Made by a program: the position numbers and the translations under genes
From: Myxococcota bacterium
GTDB taxonomy: Bacteria; Myxococcota_A; Polyangia; Nannocystales; Nannocystaceae
Assembly (NCBI GenBank): GCA_039028615.1
Contig: JBCCHT010000001.1
Location: 384,001-448,000 of the forward strand
Reading direction: 5' to 3'
Length of the DNA: 64,000 nucleotides
Notes under the pieces: model-generated
What the model saw: only the letters and a program-made list of their open reading frames with translations
Told to the model about the DNA's origin: nothing
Databases searched by the model: none
Part shown: in pieces, positions 38,949-49,790 of the stretch
Layout of the letters: the number at the start of each line of letters is the position of its first letter
Numbering within the stretch: the stretch's first letter is position 1

Positions 38949-39518
38949 TCACGAAGAGCCCGCGCCCAGCGAGCGCGCCAAGGTGACCACGCTATAGGCG
39001 ACCACCTTGCCGCGCGTCGGGTTGCGGTAGCCGTGGTTCTGGTCGCCGCGAAACACCACCACGTCGCCCGGCTCGAGCCGCCAGCGCTCACCCGCCGCCG
39101 TCAGCTCGAGCACGCCCGACTCGCAGGTCAGGTACTCCCGCGTTCCCACCGTGTGCGGTACCCCGGCCATCGAAGCGCCCGCGGTCAGCTCCATGCGCTC
39201 GATCTCCATGCCCGCGATCGGGTCGGGCAGCAGCCGCCGGACTTCCACCTTGCCCCGCCGCCGCCGCGGGAGCTCGGCCGCCTTGTACAGCTGCGCCGTC
39301 GCGCGCGGTGGCCCCACCAGCTCCTCCAGCGTGACCGACAGCGCCGCCGCCACCTTCATGAGCACCGATAACGTGGGGTTGGCCGCGCCCGACTCGAGGT
39401 TCGCCCACGTCGGCCGAGGCAGCCCCGCCACCTTGGCGATCTGGTGCTGCGTGAGCCCCCGTGCCTCCCGGAGCTGCTTGATGTTGAGCGCGAGGTTGGC
39501 CGCCGGATCGTCGGACAT
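38949..39518 (-). CDS. XRE-family HTH regulator with a cupin domain
   Basis: HTH IKQLREARGLTQ...LESGAANPTL; cupin H..GTREY and GD...F.GDQ.HGYRN. Confidence 0.9.
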   Translation of the reverse strand: MSDDPAANLALNIKQLREARGLTQHQIAKVAGLPRPTWANLESGAANPTLSVLMKVAAALSVTLEELVGPPRATAQLYKAAELPRRRRGKVEVRRLLPDPIAGMEIERMELTAGASMAGVPHTVGTREYLTCESGVLELTAAGERWRLEPGDVVVFRGDQNHGYRNPTRGKVVAYSVVTLARSLGAGSS

Positions 39519-39536
39519 GACGACACGATGACATCC

Positions 39537-39555
39537 TGTCGACCTTATGTCGACA
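39537..39555. promoter_or_regulatory. Candidate XRE operator in the divergent promoter region
   Basis: Perfect 7-5-7 inverted repeat TGTCGAC-cttat-GTCGACA. Confidence 0.5.
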
Positions 39556-39624
39556 AATCATCATCACGGATGACACTTAGATATCAGGGCCGCATGCTGG
39601 GAATCGAAGCAAAGGAGACACCCA

Positions 39625-40350
39625 ATGAACGATCGACCCGCTGCACTCATCACTGGCGCCTCTCGAGGCCTGGGCCGCGCCCTTGCCCTCCGGCTGGCCG
39701 CCGAGGGTCATCCCGTCGTCCTCGTCGCCCGCGATCCGGGGCCCCTGCAGGCCGTGGTGGAGGCTATCGAAGCCCGCGGAGGCACGGCGCACGCCATCGT
39801 CGGCGACGTCGGCCGAGCCAAAGACGCTCGGGCCATCGCCGCCCAGGCCAGCGCGCTCGTCCCTCGCATCGGCCTGCTCGTCCACAACGCCAGCACGCTG
39901 GGCCCCCTGCCCATGCCCACGCTGGCCGACACCCGCCCCGAAGCGCTCGCACGCGTGCTCGAGGTCAATCTCGTCGGGCCCTTCCGCCTCACGCAGGCGC
40001 TGCTCGGCAGCCTCGCCCTCGGCCGCGGCGGCACCGTGGTGCACATCAGCTCGGACGCCGCCGTCGAGGCCTATCCCGGCTGGGGGGCGTACTCCGTGTC
40101 CAAGGCCGCCCTCGACCACCTCGGGCGCCTGTGGGCCTCCGAGCTCGGAGACGCGGGCGTGCGAGTCGTCAGCGTCGACCCCGGCGAGATGCGGACCCAG
40201 ATGCACGCCGACGCCCTGCCCGATGCCGACCCCGAAACCCTGACCGAACCCGCAACGGTGGCCGCCCGCATCGTCGCCATGCTGGGCGACCCGAGCGGAG
40301 CACCCAGCGGTTCCCGAGTCCAAGCCAGCCAGTGGGAGGTGCAGCCATGA
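39625..40350 (+). CDS. Short-chain dehydrogenase/reductase
   Basis: Motifs TGASRGLG, HNAS, YSVSK and VDPGEMRT; AGGAG RBS. Confidence 0.95.
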   Translation: MNDRPAALITGASRGLGRALALRLAAEGHPVVLVARDPGPLQAVVEAIEARGGTAHAIVGDVGRAKDARAIAAQASALVPRIGLLVHNASTLGPLPMPTLADTRPEALARVLEVNLVGPFRLTQALLGSLALGRGGTVVHISSDAAVEAYPGWGAYSVSKAALDHLGRLWASELGDAGVRVVSVDPGEMRTQMHADALPDADPETLTEPATVAARIVAMLGDPSGAPSGSRVQASQWEVQP

Positions 40351-41408
40351 ACCCCTGGCCCGCTGCCGATGCCCCCCGCGGACCGGAGCACCAACGCCTG
40401 CTCGCAGTCGATGCTCACGACGGCTCCGTCTTCGAAACCCGCGCCCGACAACTGCCCAACCTGCTGTGCCCCGGCGATCTGGTGGTACTCAACGACGCCG
40501 CCACGCTGCCCGCATCCCTCCGGGTCCGAAGCCCGCACGACCGAGACCACGAGCTGCGCATCGCCATCGCCGGAGGCCCGCAGGGCTGGTGGGGAGTGCT
40601 CATGGGCGAAGGCGACTGGCGTACACCGACCGAGGATCGCCCCGCGCCCGACGTCCTGCCCATCGGCGCTCGCCTCACTCTGCCCACGGGTGACCACGCC
40701 CGCATCGCCGCCGTCTCGCCGCTGGGCTCGCGCCTGGTCCAGCTCGACTGGGGTCGCCCGGATGCGGAGGTCCTGGCCCTGCTCTACGCCCATGCCCGAC
40801 CGATTCAGTACAGCTACACCCGGCGTGACCTCGAGCTGTCCGACGTGCAGACCCCCTTCGGGGTTCGTCCCTGGGCGGTCGAGATGCCCTCGGCCAGCCG
40901 CCCCCTCGACTGGGCCACACTCGGTCGGCTGCGCAGTCGCGGCGTCGAGCTGGCCACGCTGACCCACGCCGCGGGCCTGTCCGCGACCGGCGACGATGCC
41001 CTCGATGCTCGGCTCCCCTTGCCCGAGCGCTACGAGCTGCCTTCGAGCACGGTCGAGGCCATCGGTCGGGCACGCGCTGGCGGAGGCCGGGTCCTCGCGG
41101 TGGGCACCACCGTCGTCCGTGCCCTGGAGGGCAATGCCCAGACGCACGACGGGCAGCTCGTGCCCGGACCGGGCATCACCGACCTCGTCATCGCGGAGGG
41201 CTTCCGTCCGCAGATCGTCGACGGCCTCCTCAGCGGCGTGCATGAGCCGGGCACCAGCCATCACCAGGTGGTCTCCGCGTTCGCTCCCGCGGCCGCCATC
41301 GAAGCCGCCGACGATGCCATCGCCCGCAGTGGCTTGCTCATCCACGAGTTCGGCGATGCGACGCTGCTGCTTCCGAGGGTCGCGAGCCAACGCTGCATCG
41401 CAGCCTGA
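40347..41408 (+). CDS. QueA-like protein (SAM:tRNA ribosyltransferase-isomerase family, non-canonical)
   Basis: ATGA coupling to the SDR. Motifs PGDLVVLND, EMPSA, LTHAAG, AVGTTVVRALE and HEFGD; lacks the canonical FDY.LP..LIAQ N-terminus. Confidence 0.85.
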   Translation: MNPWPAADAPRGPEHQRLLAVDAHDGSVFETRARQLPNLLCPGDLVVLNDAATLPASLRVRSPHDRDHELRIAIAGGPQGWWGVLMGEGDWRTPTEDRPAPDVLPIGARLTLPTGDHARIAAVSPLGSRLVQLDWGRPDAEVLALLYAHARPIQYSYTRRDLELSDVQTPFGVRPWAVEMPSASRPLDWATLGRLRSRGVELATLTHAAGLSATGDDALDARLPLPERYELPSSTVEAIGRARAGGGRVLAVGTTVVRALEGNAQTHDGQLVPGPGITDLVIAEGFRPQIVDGLLSGVHEPGTSHHQVVSAFAPAAAIEAADDAIARSGLLIHEFGDATLLLPRVASQRCIAA

Positions 41409-41415
41409 TGCGAGG

Positions 41416-41455
41416 AGAGGGGCTCCGGGGTTCGCCCGGGGTCCCTCTGTTCTTT
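41416..41455 (+). terminator. Intrinsic terminator of the SDR/QueA-like operon
   Basis: AGAGGGGCTCCGGG-gttcg-CCCGGGGTCCCTCT then GTTCTTT. Confidence 0.6.
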
Positions 41456-41503
41456 GGGTTCGGCACCGCGGGCTCAAAGCGCAACCCGCCCCCCCCAAAC
41501 GCA

Positions 41504-41534
41504 ACGAGACCACCCTCGATGAGGGTGGTCTCGT
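41504..41534 (-). terminator. Intrinsic terminator of lon
   Basis: Perfect 14-bp stem ACGAGACCACCCTC-gat-GAGGGTGGTCTCGT, with TGCGTTT following on the minus strand. Confidence 0.7.
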
Positions 41535-41560
41535 CATTCAAACGGGCTGCGCCGAACGGC

Positions 41561-44029
<2,469 letters not shown>

Positions 44030-44351
44030 CGGGTGTTTCGCGCCGAATTCGGCGATTCGACGGCGCTGCAAAGCTAGCATCGAGGGTATGGGGGGTCAAA
44101 CGATCGAACCGTTCCTGTAAGGGCAAAACCTCCGAGATTTCTAGGGTTTACGGCGCATCGCCGGGACGCCCCGTCAACGCGAGCCGCCGCACGCAGATCG
44201 TTCAGCCCGGTCGATCGGCTAGGTGTCAGTGCGGTCGATCGGCTAGGTCCGTGCAATGGCGATCGCGGGGTGCCGACCTCGTTCACTGCCGGACACCGCC
44301 TCCCTGTGCATCCGACCCGCGACCACCTCCGACTGCTACCGTGAAGCTGCG

Positions 44352-44948
44352 ATGCCCTGGTCCGCGCCTACGCTCCCGACCGTCGTGCTCCAGGGCCTCG
44401 ACCGTGGCGAGAGTCGGGTCGGCCTCATCGCCTTCATCGTCACCGTGGTCTTCGCCGCCATCCTCGCGGTCCTCATGGTCGTGCTGCCCGATCCCAAAGG
44501 TGAAGTACCGGAGGTCGCTCCCGGCATGTTCGGCGGCTTGGGCGCTCTTGCGGCGTACTTCGGGTGGCTATCGCGCAAGTTCATGCGGGTGCATCGCTCC
44601 GGCCTCGGCCGTGTCTTGTTGCACCACCCCGACACCATCGTGTCCGTCCGCGAGCGCATCATGACCGCGGGCACCTCGAGCGTCAGCTCGACCGACGTCG
44701 CCTACGACGGCGAGCGAGAGTTCCAACCCCGCCGCGCTCCCGATGGCAACGTCCTCGGCGTCAAGATGCGCGCTCGCAGCTGGTTCCATCTGAAGCTGCG
44801 CGGCAAGTGGATCGCCCGCAAGTTGGTCGTGCCCTCCGAGCACGCGCCCGAGCTCGCGTCGTGGCTCTTCGCTCGCGTCGCCGAGCACAACAAAGAGTGC
44901 AGCTGGGGTGACCGAACCGTGGCGAGCTACGTCGGCGAAGAGCAATAG
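44352..44948 (+). CDS. Hypothetical two-TM membrane protein
   Basis: Two hydrophobic helices; TGcTACCGT lies 9 nt before the ATG. Confidence 0.7.
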   Translation: MPWSAPTLPTVVLQGLDRGESRVGLIAFIVTVVFAAILAVLMVVLPDPKGEVPEVAPGMFGGLGALAAYFGWLSRKFMRVHRSGLGRVLLHHPDTIVSVRERIMTAGTSSVSSTDVAYDGEREFQPRRAPDGNVLGVKMRARSWFHLKLRGKWIARKLVVPSEHAPELASWLFARVAEHNKECSWGDRTVASYVGEEQ

Positions 44949-45054
44949 ACCCACACGAACACAAGTCCGTGACGCCCGCGCGACCCGTCGTCACATGGTC
45001 CTTTTCTCTCACTGATATCCCTCGATCGAAGTCGCTACGACCCATGGGTCCGCC

Positions 45055-46059
45055 ATGGTCGATCGCAGCTACGACGAGCACATCGCTCACAATCCGCACG
45101 ATGGCCTGGCGCGTCGCATCTTCAGCAACCCCGAGGCCGCCGCGGCGGAGCTGCAGCTCGTCCTTCCGCAGGCGCTCACGTCTCGGCTCGATTGGCACAG
45201 CCTAAAAGTCGAGCCGACGTCATTCGTCGACGAACGGCTCCGATCGAAAACCAGCGACATCCTGTACTCCATCGAGCTGGCCGAGTCGGCTCGACCGGTC
45301 TCGGTCTACGTCGTCATGGAGCACCAAAGCAGCCCTGACGCTGCAATGACAGCTCGTTTCTTCGTCTACGTCGGGCGACTCTACGAGCGCTACCTCGACC
45401 AGCACGAGGGGACGAAGACCGTGCCCTTGGTCGTCCCCGTGCTGCTCTACCAAGGGCCTTCGGGGTGGGCCATGCCACAACGGCTCTCCGAGATGCTCGA
45501 TGTACCCCGGGTGCTACTGGAACGATTTCCCCCACCCATCGAGCTGGTGTTCGCCGTCGACGACATGAGCCAATCGATGCTCGGTGAGCAAGTCACCCAC
45601 GATCAGCTGCGACGCGATCACGGGGTCATGCTCGCTGAACTGGCACGCACATGGCTGTGGCTATACAACCACCCCGACGGCGCCACGGGCGAGCGCGCCG
45701 CGATGTTGGGGCGACTCACCCGTGCCCTCGTGGACGGTTGGGGACCGAGATCCATCGAACCATTCCTGACGTACTTCCTCTCGGCCTTTGGCGCCGACTC
45801 ACCGCTGCACGCTATACTCCTCGAGTCCGCCGAGCCGGAGACCCAGCACATGCACACCACCTTCCGCGACGATTACCTCGCCCAAGGCAAAGCCAAGGGT
45901 CTCGCCACGGCGTTGGATCGTTTGTTGACCGCACGGGGTGTCGAGCTGACCGAAGGCGCACGGGAACGCATCACCTCGTGCGAGGACGAGGCCGTGCTGC
46001 AGCGCTGGTTCGACCGAGCCGTGACGGCCGCTTCCGTGGCCGAAGTCTTCGACGACTAG
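45055..46059 (+). CDS. Rpn/YhgA-like PD-(D/E)XK nuclease (recombination-promoting nuclease / putative transposase family)
   Basis: Motifs PHDGLARRIF, SFVDERL, SDILYS, EHQS and VPVLLYQG; C-terminal QGKAKG...L.RWFDRA. Confidence 0.9.
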   Translation: MVDRSYDEHIAHNPHDGLARRIFSNPEAAAAELQLVLPQALTSRLDWHSLKVEPTSFVDERLRSKTSDILYSIELAESARPVSVYVVMEHQSSPDAAMTARFFVYVGRLYERYLDQHEGTKTVPLVVPVLLYQGPSGWAMPQRLSEMLDVPRVLLERFPPPIELVFAVDDMSQSMLGEQVTHDQLRRDHGVMLAELARTWLWLYNHPDGATGERAAMLGRLTRALVDGWGPRSIEPFLTYFLSAFGADSPLHAILLESAEPETQHMHTTFRDDYLAQGKAKGLATALDRLLTARGVELTEGARERITSCEDEAVLQRWFDRAVTAASVAEVFDD

Positions 46060-47264
46060 GTCGGGGCCGCGTCTTCGTCCATCAAGCCGGGACCCACGAA
46101 CCATCGCCACAACCGGGCCACCGCCACCGCGGCGAGCACGGACCAGGGGAAGCCGGCGAATCCAGACAGCGAGACGGTAAACACCAACAGCTCGATGAAG
46201 GGCGCCCCTTCGACCCAGCGGGGCAGCTTCACGCCCAAGCGATTGGCCAGGATATCGGGCTCCGGCACCGCAAACACTTCGGCCGGCTTGTCGCGCAAGA
46301 TCAAACGCGCCTGCACCAACGACAGCAATGCCGCCGCGCCGCCGGCCGCCAGCAAGACCACGGCGGCCACCGTAGAGCGGTGAGTCTGCGCCACCAAGAC
46401 ATACGTCAGCGCGACCATGATCGCCGCATGCGTCAGCGGCCGCGTCGCCCGAGCCACCCGCTCCCCGGGAGCAAAGGGCGACGCATCGGGTCGCGGGCCT
46501 CGCAGCATGCCCAGCGTGCGTAGATGCGTGCTGACCTGCACCCCCACCAACATCGCGAACGCCCCCATGATGAGCCCCGCGATGCCTCCGCCCAGGATCA
46601 ACGGCAGTGCGGCCAGCCCCACCGCGAGGGCGAGCAACTCGATCTGCGCCAACGGCCGCCTCGTATTGCTCAGCCAGCGCAACAGCGGAATCGTCACCCG
46701 CACATGCCAGGTCGAACGCCCCGGCAGATTCACCTGGTCACCACGCAAGACCAACGTCTCGGCCCGCGCCAAGTCCTCCGGGTACACCAATCGCACGACG
46801 TCGGCTGGCCCCATGTCTTCGGGCCAAGGCAGCTCCTCGGTGATCGGCATCGACGACGGCATCTGCGTCAACGAACCCGCGAACACGGCCGTCGGTCGTC
46901 CCACTTCATCGTAGAGGGTGTAGCGCTCGCCCGCCTCGAGCGGGTGCGCCACCATCAGACCGAGCAGATCGGGATGAACCCCGCTGCCCTCGTAGACCAC
47001 GAGCGCGGGCTGATCGAGCGGTTCTCCCGTGGCGAGTTCCTGCGCTCCGCTCGGCTCGGCTCGGGTACCGGCCCCCATCAACACTCCGCCGAAGCCGTTG
47101 TCGAGTGCAGCCCGAGACAAGCGCTCGACGAGCGAGCGCCCCAGCACCGGTCGCAGCACGTCGATCGTCGCCTCCGGGTCGGGCAAGATGACCAGGACGG
47201 GCGGCGGAACGTGGGCGTGGACCTCGGCTTCCGCCGTCTCGACGATCTCGAAGCCTTCGTGCAT
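46056..47264 (-). CDS. Hypothetical integral membrane protein
   Basis: Soluble N-terminal domain plus about 6 TM helices. Confidence 0.7.
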   Translation of the reverse strand: MHEGFEIVETAEAEVHAHVPPPVLVILPDPEATIDVLRPVLGRSLVERLSRAALDNGFGGVLMGAGTRAEPSGAQELATGEPLDQPALVVYEGSGVHPDLLGLMVAHPLEAGERYTLYDEVGRPTAVFAGSLTQMPSSMPITEELPWPEDMGPADVVRLVYPEDLARAETLVLRGDQVNLPGRSTWHVRVTIPLLRWLSNTRRPLAQIELLALAVGLAALPLILGGGIAGLIMGAFAMLVGVQVSTHLRTLGMLRGPRPDASPFAPGERVARATRPLTHAAIMVALTYVLVAQTHRSTVAAVVLLAAGGAAALLSLVQARLILRDKPAEVFAVPEPDILANRLGVKLPRWVEGAPFIELLVFTVSLSGFAGFPWSVLAAVAVARLWRWFVGPGLMDEDAAPT

Positions 47265-47356
47265 GGGCAGGGAGACCCCACCCTACCCGATCGGCGCCGC
47301 CTCGCCCATCCCGGCCCGTAGGCGGCATCGAGGGGCTCACCCCGGGCATACTCGGC

Positions 47357-48037
47357 TCAGTAGGAGCCAGTCCCGTCTGGGTCCCAGTCCTTGGGGACGG
47401 TGCGCCCCTTGTCGATGGTGAAGTCCCGCCGCGGCTCCAACCCCAGCACCGGGATGGCGTAGTCGAGCACCACCCGACGCCACAGCGCCTCACCTGGATC
47501 TGCGCGACGGCTCCCCGACGACTGCCGATGGGCGAAGATGTACTGGATCGGACAGCCGAGCTTCTTGCCCTCTTCGTACAGCAGCTTCACCCCGCGCTGC
47601 GCCGCCGTGACCACGGCATCGGTGACCTCCGTCGCCTCCTTGCCGTTGTTCGTCTGGCCCCCCACCAGGCCCGGGTAATTGCCGTCGATCTCGATCCCGA
47701 GCGAGCCGCCGTTGAGCTTGTTCGCGTGATAGATGTACCAGGAAAGCTCTGTCGGCCACGCCACGAAGCCGTCGTGGAACGCCATGACGTGGCACGCCAC
47801 CGTCAGCGAGCGCCGCGCCAAGGCGAGTTCTCGGTCCCCGCCCGCCGCATCGATCTGATACTGCGCAGCGCCGAACTTCACGCCCGTCTGGTGAATCACG
47901 ATCGAGTCGATTTTCGATACATCTCGCCGCGAGGTCTTGCCGTTGCGCTGCTTCGAGTCCCGGTGCGGGTCCTTTTGCTCGGATCGAAGGTCGTAGATCT
48001 TGACGGCATCGAGGGCGTCGGTCGAATCGGTGCTCAC
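47357..48037 (-). CDS. N-acetylmuramoyl-L-alanine amidase (Amidase_2), copy 2
   Basis: Zn-ligand pattern IVIHQTG, SLGIEIDG, AHRQ and DPG; GGGAG RBS. Confidence 0.85.
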   Translation of the reverse strand: MSTDSTDALDAVKIYDLRSEQKDPHRDSKQRNGKTSRRDVSKIDSIVIHQTGVKFGAAQYQIDAAGGDRELALARRSLTVACHVMAFHDGFVAWPTELSWYIYHANKLNGGSLGIEIDGNYPGLVGGQTNNGKEATEVTDAVVTAAQRGVKLLYEEGKKLGCPIQYIFAHRQSSGSRRADPGEALWRRVVLDYAIPVLGLEPRRDFTIDKGRTVPKDWDPDGTGSY

Positions 48038-48119
48038 GGCGGTACTCCCAGTCCACCGTCACCCTATGCAACCGACTGCCCTCCTCACACTCCCCGAAAG
48101 GGGGGCATCGGTTCACACG

Positions 48120-48788
48120 TCAATACGAACCGATTCCCTCCGGATCCCAGTTCGTGGGAATGGTGCGCCCCTTGTCGATGGTGAAGTCCCGCCGCGGCTT
48201 CAACCCCAGCACCGGGATGGCGTAGTCGAGCACTACGCGACGCCACAGCTCCTCACCCGGGTCGGCGCGACGACTCCCCGACAACTGCCGATGGGCGTAG
48301 ATGTACTCGATCGGACAGCCGAGCTTCTTGCCCTCCTCGTACAGCAGCTTCACCCCGCGCTGCGCCGCCGAGACCACGGCATCGGTGACGTAGGTCGCAT
48401 CCTTGCCGTTGTTCGTCTTGCCCCCCACGAGGCCCGGGTAGTTGCCGTCGATCTCGATCCCGAGTGAACCGCCGTCGAGCCTATTCGCGTGGTAGATGTG
48501 CCAGGATAGCTCCGTGGGCCACGCCAAGAAGCCGTCGTGGAACGCCATGACGTGGCACGCCACCGTCAACGAGCGCCGCGCCAGGGCGAGCTCTCGGTCC
48601 CCGCCCGCCATATCGATCTGATACTGCTCAGCGCCGAACTTCACGCCCGTCTGGTGAATCACGATCGAATCGATGGTCGAGACATCTCTCTGCAAAGTCC
48701 TGCCGTTGCTCTGCTTCGAGTCCCTGTGCGGGCTCGTTTGCTCGGATCGAAGGTCGTAGATCTTGACGGCATCGAGGTGGTCACTCAT
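48120..48788 (-). CDS. N-acetylmuramoyl-L-alanine amidase (Amidase_2), copy 1
   Basis: Near-identical to the downstream copy; AGGAG RBS. Confidence 0.85.
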   Translation of the reverse strand: MSDHLDAVKIYDLRSEQTSPHRDSKQSNGRTLQRDVSTIDSIVIHQTGVKFGAEQYQIDMAGGDRELALARRSLTVACHVMAFHDGFLAWPTELSWHIYHANRLDGGSLGIEIDGNYPGLVGGKTNNGKDATYVTDAVVSAAQRGVKLLYEEGKKLGCPIEYIYAHRQLSGSRRADPGEELWRRVVLDYAIPVLGLKPRRDFTIDKGRTIPTNWDPEGIGSY

Positions 48789-48843
48789 TGGCAATCTCCT
48801 ACCAATCGTCTCCAGGGGCGTCTATCGGGCCCCCACTCACCCC

Positions 48844-49788
48844 TCAGCCTTCGAGTCCGTCGCCGGCGTTTTCGAGGTCACCCATCGGGTCGGGCCATGG
48901 AGCTGCATTGGTGAAGTCATCGACATGCGACTTCATTGCATCTTCTATCGATCTGAAATCGCCGAAATGTCGAAGAAAACCCAACACTCGCACACTGGAC
49001 TTCGGGTCATCGGCCACCGCCCCCACATCGGCATACCGCGGCCGAGTGAGTAAGTCGCGACACCGCTGCCACCCTTCCACCATCCGTGGCGCCCGGTCGG
49101 CAAACACCACGAAATCCACCAGCCATGCCCGGTACTCGTCCATGAACGCGGCGTAGGTGGGCCCCACCGGCGTCGGATTGCAGAGGTGATTGGCCTCGTG
49201 CACCAGCGTGCAGCTCCCCACCCGGCGCTCCACCGAGGCCGCATTGTCGCCACCGAGGCGCTGCGCCTGTACGCCGATCGCTTGGCGGTTCAGCACGAGG
49301 GTCGACGGCAACCGCCGTAACCCCGCCACCAAGTCCTCGGTACCGTAGGGCAGGTCCTCGAAGGACAAGGACAGCACCGGTTTCGGCCCCAGCAGCAGCC
49401 CCAGCGTGTTGTCGACGATCCGACCGCGACACACCGGCCCCGGCTGCGGTCGAGCCCCTTCGGACGACGCGGCCAAATACGCCACGATCCGCATCGAACG
49501 GACTCGATCGGGCTCGGCCAGCCCAAGGAACCAAGGCGTCTCGACCAGCCGCCCCAGCGCTCGCCCGGTCTTGCGCGCGGGACACAGCTCGAAATGCTGA
49601 AGCACCGCCCGCCGCGTCGGGGCCGGCAGCCCGAAGAATCGCTCGGCATCGACGGCCAGCGCCAGCGCGGGCCAGAGCGGATGCTGCTGTTCTTCCACCA
49701 CGAGACGACCAACGCCGAGTCCGACCGGCGCCGCCCGCCTCCGTACGAACAGAGACGAGCGACGAGTCGCCGGATTTCGACCGCGCAA
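48844..49788 (-). CDS. Hypothetical protein with an HEXXH...E zincin-like motif
   Basis: TLVHEANH followed by FMDEYRAW; lies directly after the TGase-like gene. Start uncertain. Confidence 0.6.
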   Translation of the reverse strand: MRGRNPATRRSSLFVRRRAAPVGLGVGRLVVEEQQHPLWPALALAVDAERFFGLPAPTRRAVLQHFELCPARKTGRALGRLVETPWFLGLAEPDRVRSMRIVAYLAASSEGARPQPGPVCRGRIVDNTLGLLLGPKPVLSLSFEDLPYGTEDLVAGLRRLPSTLVLNRQAIGVQAQRLGGDNAASVERRVGSCTLVHEANHLCNPTPVGPTYAAFMDEYRAWLVDFVVFADRAPRMVEGWQRCRDLLTRPRYADVGAVADDPKSSVRVLGFLRHFGDFRSIEDAMKSHVDDFTNAAPWPDPMGDLENAGDGLEG

Positions 49789-49790
49789 CG

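Noticed and set aside
40347..41408. Canonical queA
   Set aside because: Signature motifs have diverged, the N-terminus is missing and there is no tgt, so no gene symbol was assigned.
45055..46059. Rpn gene as an IS element
   Set aside because: No terminal inverted repeats or target duplication, and the family is not shown to transpose.
47357..48788. Prophage lysis cassette
   Set aside because: No holin, structural, integrase or other phage genes in the window.
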